DNA of 64,000 bases. It comes from Psammoneis japonica. Its lineage: Eukaryota. The stretch spans positions 1-64,000 of the forward strand of contig QPGO01000288.1 of NCBI GenBank assembly GCA_008632985.1, given 5' to 3'. The translations under genes were made by a program, and so were the position numbers. The stretch's first letter is position 1. Each line of letters opens with the position of its first letter. Positions 37,250 through 49,400 of this stretch are shown here, piece after piece. The notes below the pieces were generated by a model. That model saw only the letters and a program-made list of their open reading frames with translations, did not search any database and was not told where the DNA came from.

Positions 37250-39752
37250 AAGGGACAATCTCATGAGGCCCGGTGGCAAAATCGATTCCAAGAACTGGTT
37301 GAGTTTCACGAGAAAAATGGGGACTTTTGTGCACCCACAAAGACTCCTTTGGGTGCGTGGACAATCAGACAATGAAAGGCATGCCGAAAAAAGTTGCAAA
37401 ATGGCAAATCAGTGCTCACCGATGCTCAGGAAGAACAGCTTGGAGGAATTGGATTTAATTTCGAGTCATCAGGACAAACTGATCAGTGGAACCACATGTT
37501 TGACACGTTGTTGGAATTCAAGGAACTTCATGGCCACTGTCGTGTCCCGCGGCATTGGGTCACGAGACAGCGCAAGACTTGCAAGCATTGTCAAAACAAA
37601 AGCAAGCCTTGCTCAATGACTCCAGATTGTGTGAGAGCTCTAGAAGATGCAGGGTTTGAGTGGTCATTGCCAAAAAGAGGTGGTCTCGACCATGACAGGT
37701 GGGACCGCATGCTCGGCAAATTGTTGGAATTCAAAGCTGTTCATGGCCACTGTTGTTCCCAAAGCATTGTTCGGAAAATGAACACCTCGCACTTTGGGTC
37801 ACAAGACAGCGCAAGACTTGCAAGCATTGTCAAAACAAAAGCAAACCTTGCTCAATGACTCCAGATCGTGTGAGAGCTCTGGAAGATGCGGGATTCGAGT
37901 GGTCACCCAAAAAGGGTCCGGATTCCGATGGGAGTAATTGGAAGCGCATGCTTGATGAATTGTTGGAATTTAAGGCCAATCATGGGCATTGCCATGTGCC
38001 TTGCAACTACGTTGAAAACAGACGCATCACACGTTGGGTCACAACACAGCGCAAGAGCTGCAAGTGTTGTCAAAACAAAAGCAAACCTTGTTCAATGACT
38101 CAAGATCGTGTGAAAGCTCTGGAAGATGCCGGCTTTGAATGGTCGGTTAAAATGGGTCTGGGTCTCAACGAGAGTGCTTGGAAGTGCATGCTCAACGAAC
38201 TGCTGGAATTCAAAGCTGTTCATGGGCATTGTCGTGTCCCACAGCATTGTTTGGAAAACAAATGCCTCGCACTTTGGATCAGAACACAGCGCAGGAGCTG
38301 CAAGCGTTGTCAAAACAAAAGCAAGCCTTGCTCAATGACTCCGGATCGTCTGAAAGCTCTAGAAGATGCAGGGTTTGAGTGGTCAATGCCGAGAAGAGGT
38401 GGTCTCGACAATGACAGGTGGGACCGCATGCTCGATGAATTGTTAGAATTCAAAGCTGCTCATGGACATTGTCGTGTCCCAATGTCTCATTCGGAAAACA
38501 AAAGCCTCGCACTTTGGGTCATGACGCAGCGTAGGAACTACAAGCGTTGTCAAAACAAAAGCAAGCCTTGCTCAATGACTCCAGATCGTCTGAAAGCTCT
38601 GGAAGACGCAGGATTTGAGTGGTCAGTGCCGCGAGGAGGGGCTTTCGACAATTCCAGTTGGAATCGCATGCTCAACGAACTGTTGGAATTCAAAGCTGTT
38701 CATGGGCATTGTCGAGTCCCAACATCTTATTCGGAAAACAGGCGACTCGCACATTGGGTGATGAACCAGCGTGCATGCCTTAAGCGTCATCAAAACAACA
38801 AGCCTTGCCAGATCACACCTGATCGCATAAGACAATTGGAAGATGCAGGATTCGAGTGGTTTCGCAGAGACGCTATCAGCGAGGAGTGGAATTTGATGTT
38901 AAATGAGCTGTTGAAATTCAAGGCAATTCATGGCCATTGTCGTATCCCGCAGCATTGTTCGGAAAAGTTCTAACTACAAGAAGTTTAAAAACAAAGAGAA
39001 GCCTTGTCCCATGACGCGTGATCGGATAAGTGCATTGGAAGATGCCGGATTTGAGTGGTCGGCAACAACGCGGAAATGGAATGACTGGTTCAATGAGTTG
39101 TTGGAATTCAAAGCTACGCATGGGCATTGTCGTGTCCCCAATGACTCAGAGAATAAAGCCCTGTGTCGTTGGGTTGCGAGGCAACGTACGATTTCAAAAG
39201 CTGTCAAGACAATACCCAGCCATGCGCACATTGACGACAGACCAGATAAAAGCATTGGAAGATGTAGGATTTGAATGGTCGGTACAAGGAAAGGTATGGT
39301 ATGTTATGTTTGATGAGCTTTTGCGATTCAAAGCCATTCACGGGTATTGTTGCGTGCCAAATGTCTATCCGGAGAACAAACGACTCGCCCGGTGGGTTTC
39401 TCAGCAGCGAATACATTACAAGCGTTACCAAAACAAAAAGAAGCCTTGTTCAATGACGCCGGGTCGCATTAAAGCATTGGAAGGAGCTGGATTCGAATGG
39501 TCAGCGCAAACGAGTAATTGGAATGCCATGTATGATGAGTTAATGCAATTTAGAGCTGTTCATGGACATTGCCGTGTGCCAACCAACTACTCGGAAAACA
39601 AGCGCCTCGGACATTGGGTCGCGACCCAGCGTAGAAGTTACAAACGAAGTCAAGATAAAAAACAGCCTGGTTCATTGACTTTGGAACGAATAGCTGCATT
39701 GGAAAATGCCGGGTTTGAGTGGTCAGCCTATACTGTAACCAATAAGGTTTAA
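37250..39752 (+). pseudogene. Tandem helicase-associated (HA) domain protein, about 11 repeats, copy 1 (frameshifted)
   Basis: Repeated WxxMLxELLEFKAxHGHCRVP...L..WV..QR...R..ALEDAGFEW at a period of about 220-240 bp. Frameshifts near 37755, 38965 and 39190-39230. Confidence 0.88.
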
Positions 39753-40189
39753 CTTCTTTCCAGTTCTTCTCTTGAGGAGATCGTGTTGAAGGTCGCGGTT
39801 GCCTGTTGCCTGGATCCAATCAATACATGTCGAGTCGAACGGCAATATCACCAAGGCGATGCTCCAAAAAGCTTAAAGCTAGCAAGTGAACCCAAAACAA
39901 CTTGGGTGGGAGCGCGATGCAATCTGTGACACACAGGTAAGAGAAACGAACGGCCTAGGTGTCACTTTGACGCACTATGTGTCGCATATCACAGTCTCGT
40001 AGAGTTTTCTTTATTCAAGTTAGTCTTGTAAAAGTGCGAACTCCGGCCTCAGTGTCTGCATTCATCGCCAATCACGTATATTATGCAAAGCCGTATCAAG
40101 ATTGTCACTTTTCGCCAACTCAATCAATAGACAACGTGTCGACCCGTGTCGTACCGTACGGGACGACAACCAAATCCTGAGGTTCTTGA

Positions 40190-40418
40190 TGTTCAAAGTA
40201 ACAGTATGAGAGAACAAGTTACGAACCTGACAGGGTGGAATCATAAGCTCCAAGGTATCAACGAATGCGACTCAAAGAGGACAAAAATTCTCAAATTGCC
40301 ACGAACGGTGGCCGTGACCATTATTTTTGTTTTTGCATATTCCGTCTTTGTCATGGTGATGTTCATTTTCGCGTTCACCCAAGCCTCAGAAATAATGTTT
40401 CGTGCAACGCACTCATGA
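40190..40418 (+). pseudogene. Orphan 3' fragment (M4 helix) of a Cys-loop channel paralog
   Basis: W..HKLQGINECDSKRTKILKLPRTVAVTIIFVFAYSVFVMVMFIF aligns with WWSHRLLPQGLNEADSKKKRRLKKLRTVDYAAAILFFVAYSIFLIVMFIL at about 59860-60019. Confidence 0.7.
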
Positions 40419-41401
40419 AGAAAAGAATCTTGTCTGATTCTCACGACGAAAAGTAGCGGCAAACGCCTCGTAATCGACGTAGCCTAGTGGACGCATGACC
40501 TCGTCCCAGCTACTTTTCAGAAACTCAATGGCCGCTGGATCCATCTCTTGTGGATGTGGATTCACCACCACTTTGGCCCCTGGAGACAACTGAGATAGAT
40601 CTCTGACCCGACCCAGTTGCTTGGCCCTCTCGTATGGCTCATCGAACTTTTCAAGATGAGTAGTCATGTACTCCTTGGTGCTCATGCTTGCAACCTGTTG
40701 AATGAGCTCGTCTTTGCATCAATGTCCATAAACTTGGCAAGCATCTGTATTGACGGGACCACGTCTTTCAACATGTCCTCATAAATCAAAACCAACACGG
40801 AAGGACAATTCAGTAGTGTATGGTACTCGCGGTAGTAATCCCAGAGGCTTGCCCGGCTTCCATCTTGTTTGCCCTTGACAAACGGCGTTTCACGAACAAA
40901 GGTGGACAGGTCCATTCCAACTACAAGAGGTACTTGTTTGGCAAGCAAAAAATTGTAAAAGGATAGTGCCGTCTTTGACGGATCCCTAATTGTAACAACA
41001 TACTTGCACCCTCGGTAGATGCTTGCCATTCGCAAATGTGATTTGAAGACTCGAGGAAAGAATCGACTTTCGTTTGGATCATATCCGATGTCCCAGCTCA
41101 ATGTAGGCCATGGTACAACTTCATAAATGTTGTTGAAATCCACGTGACCACCCGTTCGAAGCTGATGACAAATCCAAGTCACAAGGGTTGTGCCCGTTTT
41201 CGGAAAAGTGGCAACGATAACATCGGTGGGTTTCACTGAAAATTCTTCCACAGCTTTTCTTACAGATTCGACCGACATCATGGAATCAGGATGACCAATA
41301 GGTACATAACCTAGCTCTTTCGGGAGAGGACATGGAAGCTGCTGCTGAAGATCAGAATCATCATTGGGCGGATTGCTACTCGCACTGGTGCGGCTCGTCA
41401 T
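40413..41401 (-). CDS. Cytosolic-type sulfotransferase (Sulfotransfer_1)
   Basis: DVIVATFPKTGTT (5'-PSB loop), RVFKSHL, IRDPSKTALSFYNF (3'-PB), LIYEDM. One frameshift near 40714 restores ..DELIQQVASMSTKEYM. Confidence 0.88.
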
Positions 41402-41574
41402 CGTCACTTTTCGGTGCGGTGTTGTGCGGTGGCGGTGTTGTGCGGTGCGTGCGGAAGTGCCGTGCGCGTGACTCACCCACTCGTGACTCAAAAACAGACA
41501 CCATCCCAGCATCATTCAACTTTGACTCAACTGTGCCACAGCACATGTGGTCCCCTGTTTGCATCTTAACTGGT

Positions 41575-42095
41575 GCAAAGTCCCTGTCAATCTCTTTTGA
41601 GGCTGGCTCAGCCATCTCTTTTTCTGCAGCTGTAGCTTTGTCTTTCGCAATTTGCACTTCTCCCATGCAAGCAAAATTGAGGCCTGTTTGTTTCCGTTCA
41701 GTCCACCAGAGCAGAGGTTTCCACTCATCACCAATTTCTGGTCAGTTCTTGAGAAGAGAACAAAATTGCAGATTGTGTTGCGAGGGCTTGTTGTTCAAAT
41801 GCAAACAGCGTGAAATGTGTCGTGTTCATGCTCTGTCAAAGGACAGCTGTTGGAGCTGAGACCTGCTTCACAGCCAATGAAGATGAGCAGCAATGCCGAT
41901 TCCAAAAGTCGGTTGACTTTGAGGAGAAGAGTGGGCATTTTGTTGCATCAACAAGCTCTCCTTTGGGCTGTTGAAGTGACAAGCCAACAACACAAGAGAG
42001 CTCACTTGAAAAAATCGAGCAATTGCAAATCACCTGTTGCAGAAGAGCCCAGCTGAAAGACATTGGTGTTGACCTTCACCAACCTCCCTGAGATG
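41575..42095 (+). repeat. Third, truncated and more degenerate copy of the HA-gene 5' region
   Basis: Colinear similarity with 61185-61650 (aagtccctgtcaat..gctggctcag..gcagaggtttccactca..ctgagacctgct..tttgggctgttg..gagcccagctgaa). Confidence 0.75.
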
Positions 42096-42099
42096 TTGG

Positions 42100-45000
42100 T
42101 GGAGGTAAAAAGGATGGTGCAGACCAACAAACAAGGTTGCTTTCCAACTCTTTTTTTTGTGGACCAAAGTGCGCTGCCGCAGCATGAGGTCTCAACTTCA
42201 AAAGAGTTTGGCTGGCACCTGCAAAGATGGCTGAGTGTTGTGACCTCTCCCGTCCACAAGTCAAGCGCTGGCTGCAGGTCAGAGAGGGCTTCATCAAACT
42301 CCAGAATGACCTGGTCTCTGTCACTGTGATCTGCTTTTTTTGGGGGGGGGGGGGGGGGGGCACCGCTCGTTTCTGCCAATGAGCTGGTGCTCAAACTTGA
42401 GCTGCATGTCAAATGAGGCAAGGAATGGGCAACTGAAGTGTGGAGTGATTGAGCCAAATGTGCCAAACTTTGTTGCACATGTGTTGGCTGCTCTGCACCT
42501 CAGAGCAATCCATGCCAGGCAGCACTGCTGTTGTGTCAGCAATCCAAGGGTGGTGAGCATCAATGCGCTGCCCTTTCTTCTCGTTGCTCTGGTGCTTGGG
42601 GGATTGTGACATGTCATGCATTTGCACAATGATGCAACACAATGAACACAGCATGAAAACATTACATCATGTGTGCAATTTGTGTAAAATGTGCTTGTTG
42701 CTGGCAAATCTCTGCCGGTGGAGAGATTTGCTCCAAGGGAGCGGCACTTGCAGCTCTGTTGTGACAGCAACTCATCACAAATTTCATTGTTGGAGGTTGA
42801 GATTTTTTCCCCTCTCTGTCCACTGAGGTTGAGATTTCCCCCCATCTGTCCACAGATTGAGTGCAAGAAAAAAAGGAGTTAAAAGTCAACATTGAACTTT
42901 CCAAATTGTTGCAAGAATGGTCTCCCAGAGCTTTTGGTGAGTGCGCCATCCAAAACAAAAATTGTGCAAATTGTTTGTCATCCACATCTGAGAACCTTTC
43001 ATTTGACGCATTTTTGATGCAAGCATGCTCAAGTCTGGTGGTTGAAGGCTTGACAAATGGTTGCTGTGATTCACAAGCTCAGCCATTTTGGTCTGCTCAA
43101 GATCCCAAGGTGATCCAGCCCTCCAGACAGAACAGCAAAGCTGTCCAGCACATGGCTGGCATTGAGTGACCCCCTTGTGCCAGGGAGGTGCCTTCCACAC
43201 CCCACTTTGGAGACTCAAACATCATCTAGCCAGTGCAGTGCTGTGATTGTTGCCAGAGCAAAAAATTGGCTGTTGTTGTTTGAACTTTTCTGTTGTTTGC
43301 TGTTTTGGACATTTCTGCACTTCAGCAACTTCTCAGATGTTTCAGGTGCTCTCCCATCATTGGCAAATTTGCATTGCTGTTCCCTTTCTCAATGGCTTGC
43401 TGCAGCCACTCTCAACTTTGCTGCTGAGTGAACTGTGGCAACTGGAAACACCACCTTCACTGTCCTTCTGTCCATTTGGCTGGCATCACAGAACTTCCAT
43501 GCATGAAGAAGTGTCTCTCCCATTGTCCTTTTGTTCCTTGGAGTGTGCTCACTTGAAAGCACCACTTCCAAGCACTTTCTTGAGCTTTGATGCCATCCTC
43601 ATGGCCTGTCTTTGACTGAGATTTTTGCAAGCATCAAAAAAGATTGTTGCTTGCTTTGGGGGCTGAGGCACCACTTTGGCAAAGAGGTGCACTTGGAGAG
43701 TGCATCTGAAAAAAGTGCTGTTGCAGCAACTCTCAAGCTTGTCAAACAGCTCATTGACCTGGTGGTTGAACTCACCATCTTTGTCAGCAAAGACCACACC
43801 TCGGTTTTGCACAACTCTTGTGCAAAACAACCTTTCAAAGTGAGCACCACAGAGCTTGTGGAGGTGGCTGATCTCTTCATCTGCAAGCTTGGTTTTGTCA
43901 ACTTTTCTTTTGCAAATGCTTTCATGGCTGAAAGAAGCCTTTCTGAAGGGTGTCTGAGAAGTTGCTTGTGTTGCCAGGAAACTCTTCCACAAGAAACTGG
44001 GGCCATGACTCAGCTCTTGTGCACCTGCTCAGCACAAGAACCTCCTGCCAATGCACTTTGTGGCAGACTTCTGTTTTCCCAAACAGGGTGTTGATGTGGA
44101 GATGTGATCAAAAAAACAAGTGGAAAAAAAAAAAGTAATGTGATCAAACCCTGAAGTGAACATGATGTTGGCTGGTGTCACCTTGGAAGTCAGGGGCAAA
44201 AACAAATCCTTCCCCAGAGTTTATCTGCAAAGGGGCATTTGTGCCTTCTTTCAACAGCTCAGCCATGCTATCATTCTGTCCAATGATGTGTTGACTTTCT
44301 GTGTGGCAAGTTGCTCACTTTGAGGGAAGGATTTGTCAATGTTCTTGTTTCTGAAATTTGCAAGCTCCGCAATTCTTGAGGGCCAAACTGGTGCAGGCTT
44401 CAGGGCCTTTCTGAAGAAACATTTTTTCTGTCTTGCTTTGTTGTGCAAAGATGAACGGAGCTTTGAAACTGGGCTTCTTGTTGTGGGATTCCCAGTTCTG
44501 AGCTGTGATGGAGTTGCCCCTCTGGCGCAGTCTTCACAACAATGTGGCCTCAAACTCAGTTTGTTCCTTTGTGCTGCACAAGCTGAACAGAGCCTCTTGT
44601 GCTTGCAAAGGTCATTGTGCGGGTGCAAGGAAGCAATGTGCTTTGTAGGCAGCAGTTTTCACTTGATCATTGTGCTGGCAGTTCAGGCAAACCAGCTTTT
44701 CTCAAACTGTTTTCTCCCACTTGTGGCCAGCTGGGCCTCTTGACAAAATGGCTGCAAAGTGAACAAATGCAGGCACCCTCACAGTGCTTGTAAACTGCAT
44801 TTTTTTCATTGTCAAAGAGAGAGCAGACTCCCATTGCCCATCCAACTGCCAGGCACCAGCAATGTCATCCAGTGCAACCCTGCTGCAATGGTCTGCTCTT
44901 GAGATGAGCTGGGAAACTCAGAGGAAGAACTGCCCCACAGCAAGCTGGCTGGGGGGCAAGGAGAGAAAGCCAGCTTGACCCAAGACCAGCAGAGGTTCTT

Positions 45001-48000
45001 GGCCAGGGGGGGGGGGGGGGGGGGCATCTGCCCCAGTCTCTGGGCACTTTCCTGGTGCTGGTGGATGATGACAACAACTGCATCACCTGGGCTCTGTGGG
45101 CTGCAGCTTGGCTGACCCCACCTTGACACCAATGGCAAAAACAGCTTGAGCAGACACAGACAAAAGCTCCAGCAAGATGGGGAGGTGCAGGGCTTGTGCC
45201 CTTCATTTTGTTGACCATTGCAACAGCGCCCTTTTGCACTGATCAAACTCCACCCCACCAAGCCACAGCAAATTGAGAAACAACACCCACCCTCAGAAGG
45301 TTCGCCATCTGAGGCACTCATGGTTGAGATGAGGGGGCTTTTCACAAGTGTTGATTGTTTCACACAAACAGGAGTTGACATTTTCTGTTTGAAACAAAAA
45401 ATTGGGCCTTTACATCTTTTTTGTGGTTTCCTCCACCAGTGCAAACACTGTGAGCATGCCAGCTGGATCAGGAGTGACTTGGCTGCCTGCAAAGCAGAAG
45501 TGGTAACAACCAGGTGTGAAAATTTTTCCACACAAACTCTGCAAGAGAGTCCTGCAGAAGTGGTTTTCTGTGCACAAGAAATTTCCAGATGCAAAAGAAA
45601 AACAAGTGCTGTCAAATTCTTTGCATGGCCAGAATTGTTGCTGAGATTTGGTGAAGAGCAGAAAGCAAGAGAAAGAAAGAGTTGGGGGTGTGGCACAGAA
45701 AGCAAACACCTGTTGGTCAGTGCTGATGTGCCACCTCATTGTTTTGTGGTTCCATGTGGTGCAAAAAGGCATGTGGATTTAACACAGTGGTGCAGTTTGT
45801 GCTGGGGAGTTTTGCAGGACTGAACAGAGAAGCACCTTTTAAACTGTTGCTGTGCAGATGTTGGCACAAATTGCCGCAATGCATGCTCAAACCACTTTCC
45901 ACCATTGGTTTGGTTGTGAAATTTGTGCACTCTGCACATTCTTTGTGCTTGCAAGAGGGCAGCACAAGTCAGTGAATGAGAGTGCAGCCAAGAAGTGTGC
46001 AGCAAGAATTGACCATTTCCCCTCCCAGTGTGTTTTTCCTTTTGTGCAACAACTGTCAAATCAATGTGAAATTGTGCAGCAAGAAAAAAACGTTTTAAAT
46101 GCTGACAAGCACCCCACCACAAATTTGTCCCTCGGCTCAACAACCTGCTGGCCACACAAGTGTCAACGACTGTTCCTTGGGATGAACTGGCCTCCAACTC
46201 AGCTGCTCAGCACTTGCAGCATGACCCAGGTGCATCAATGTCTGATGCGTCTGCCACCCACCCCAGACCAAGGCTGTTGCCTCACATTTGAGGGTGGATC
46301 ATTGAGCAGAGGCACATTTTGAGCAGCTCATGATTTTGCAATTTTCCTTTTCTTCATTCAAGTGTTGCATCTGAGCACACCCCAAACACCAGTGAGTGCA
46401 TTTCTGCTCCTCACCAGGGCTGTGCACATGTGAGCTGCACTTGCCAGTCTTCAAGCACCAATTGTTGGTTTTGGCATGGTTGTTGTGCTCAACAAACTGC
46501 TGCTTTTTTTACACAACTGCGCTGCTTGGTTGGTGTGGTGTGGCAGACAAGCCAGAACAACTTTCCAGAAAATGCCAACAGCAAGCATTTGACTGGCTGA
46601 ACACATTGTGCAGTCACAACCATCATCCGCATGCTCTGTGGTGTCTCTCACAAACAATGGACAAAACTCAACCTGCAACTGAAATTCTGTTCAGGCAAAT
46701 GTGCACATTTGGCAAGATGCGCACCCTTCTTTCAGACCTCTTGAAAAACAGGCCTCTGCTTGACAATCCTCAATCCATTCTGAACTTGGACAGATTTCAG
46801 CACAAAGCTGAAATTCAGAGAAAAGGATCTTTGAACAATGACTGCACAATTTGAACAAACGAGAGGTCAAAATCAAGTGCAAAGTGCAGTCATTTGCAGT
46901 TGCTTGAGAGGAAGCAGTTGAAAATTCTGCATTCTGACAAATTCTGAGGCAGCCACAGCCTGTGCTCAGCACTCACCAACAGAGCAACAACATGACAGTG
47001 ACACAAATGTCATTCATTGAATGTGATGATGTGATTGGCATCAAATTTCAGCATGCATGTAAAATTTGTCAGTGTCTCAGCATTTTCTTTTGTGCTGGTG
47101 AGTGTCTCTTGGCCTCTTGGCTGGTTTGTGGCAACAAAGGCATGGGCAGTGAAGTGACAATCAAAAGATTGATTCACTTGGCTGCTGGTTTTTAAGATCA
47201 CATCTGTTGCAAGAGGTTTTAGAGCACTCAGGTTCAGAAGACAGGAATCCCAGGGTGGCATGTGTCAGTGAAGAGGTGCAACAAAAACAGCAGCACAATG
47301 AAAAGCTGAGGTGCACAAAGCAGTGGCAGTGGTTGCAGTCAGAACCACTCAAAGGCCTGTGTCCAAAACAGGATCCAAAAAGGGAAACTCCTCAGATGAC
47401 ACAGCACTGGCCTTTGTGGTTTCCAACACACCACACAGGGCAATTTTTGCACCATTTTTTTTCTGTTGAGGAGTGCACAGTGGGGGGGATGTCATGCAAA
47501 CATTGATCAAAATGAAGCAAGTGGAACAAAAATGACAAAGCCACCCATGACAACCAGAAAGCATTGGTTGGCAGCATCTGGCATGTCACAAACAAGTGCT
47601 GCAGCCCATCATGACCTCAGTCAGCCAGCTCTCCCCCAAGAGTTTTTGGTCTCAAAAGTGCTGCAAAAAAGCACCCACTTGTTGTGAGTGCCAAGCTGCC
47701 CCACAAAAGAACTCTGGAATGCCAGATTTGCTTAAAAGCAGTGCCAGGGCCCCAGTGGAAATGCCAAGAAAGTCCAGAATGTGGTGAATTTTTGATGTCC
47801 CTGGCACTGATTCTATGCTGGAGCACAATTTCTGCACATTCCAGACTTTTTTTAGCTTTTTTGCTGGGGCCCTGGTGATGCTTCCATGCAAATTTGACAT
47901 TCCCGAGTTTTTCTAAATGGCAGCAGGCTTTGGATCCTCCATGTGGGCAGTTTGGGACATGCCCTTCTCCATGCTGTGGCACTTCAAATTCAAAGCCTTT

Positions 48001-49200
48001 TGCATGGCTGCTCTTCACTGTGTCATGGCACCCCCTCTGTTCTCCACCACACCCTCTCCCAGCAAGGCACAGCAGCACCTGCATTGCAAAGCAACATCAT
48101 GGTCAGACAGCAAGCAGCAGAGAACAAAAAGTTGCAGCATTTGCAGCTCCCACCTTGCCAAAAGCAAGCATTTCTGCTGTTGCACAGATGTCAGCTCCTT
48201 GGGGGGCAGGCAAATGCATCGTGATGTCCTTGCCACTTGTGGCCATCAGGTGCTGTGCTCTTCTCTGCCATCATGGAAGCTTCACATCAAGCACACCTTG
48301 TGTTCCTGTTAGAAACAGCTTCTTGCAGTTGTTTGACAATGTTTGTGCTGCTCCAGCTCCATCTCTGACTCTGTCTTGCTCCTGTTTGTTCCCACGTTGA
48401 CTGTCTTTTGAGTTCAATGCAGCAGCAGCACTTGGTGTGGCAAATGCCAAGATGTGCTCCAGACCCTCCAAGATGACATGCATCACACTGGCTGCATGTG
48501 ATGAGGGATGAACAAGTGGCTCTTGGCTGAGAATGTGAGGTGCATTGCTTGATCCAGACACAAGGGGGGCTGCCCCCCCCCCCCCCACTTCTTGGTGCAG
48601 CAAGCTGGCAAGTTGCTGCCAAATCTTCAAGTGCTCTCAGCAAACCAACAGGCCTGCTCAATGAGCCCATGCCCTCACCAAAAATGTCATGCTTTTCTTG
48701 AAATGAGCTTTGTCCTCACTCAGAGGCCAGATCTTTGGAAAGCAAGACTTGCTTGCAGCTCATTGCTTGAAGCTCTCATCTCTCTGTTTTTGTCCTTTGC
48801 TCCTCCCAGCTGCCCCCCACCAATGCTTGACCAGCAACAACTTGGCTGAAGATTTTGTGTGCATTCATTGGAAGTGACCACCACAGACAATGGCCACGAC
48901 CATGATGCACGGCATTTGGCTTGGCAACTGGAAAGTTGTGGCTTGACTGCAATGAGTGGCACAACACTGGTGAAAAATGGCAGTTTGTCAAATGAGAACT
49001 GCACCAAATCCAACAATTGGCACTTGAGGTTGACAAGTGCAGTTCACATGTGCTCCGAGCAGGTCTGAACAGCCCTGATGGGGGGCAGACACACAAGTGT
49101 TTTGGGTGCTCAGATGCATCGCAAAATGACACGGGCGAAGTGCAGGAAAATTGGGCTGCTGCCAGTGCCATCCGGTTGCGCAGGAGCACCTCCTACTTAT
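42100..49200. mobile_element. Nested degenerate repeat/TE relics, families unassigned
   Basis: CpG and TpA nearly absent; many Tyr-free spurious ORFs. A TIR-like motif tgatgtggagatgtgatca at about 44092 is shared with 23612. Confidence 0.55.
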
Positions 49201-49400
49201 TTCGAGCAATAATGTGATAGATGGTTACATGCAGAATGCACAGTGTGTATCAGGTACAAAAGACCAGCACTGTACAAACACATCATGTCCTCAACGCCAA
49301 TGGAAATGAGTGCAGAAAAGTCTGGTGTTATTTCAATTCCGTCATGTTAGCATTTGGTAGAGATGTCGATAATTTGCTAGTTGCCTTTCAGAAAACAATC

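Noticed and set aside
40690..40725. Frameshifts in the sulfotransferase (also the Cys-loop channel and ARM-like gene) as programmed frameshifting or pseudogenisation
   Set aside because: Single-base indels in otherwise intact genes, with similar errors in essential PFAS, point to long-read assembly noise. Read-level checking is needed.
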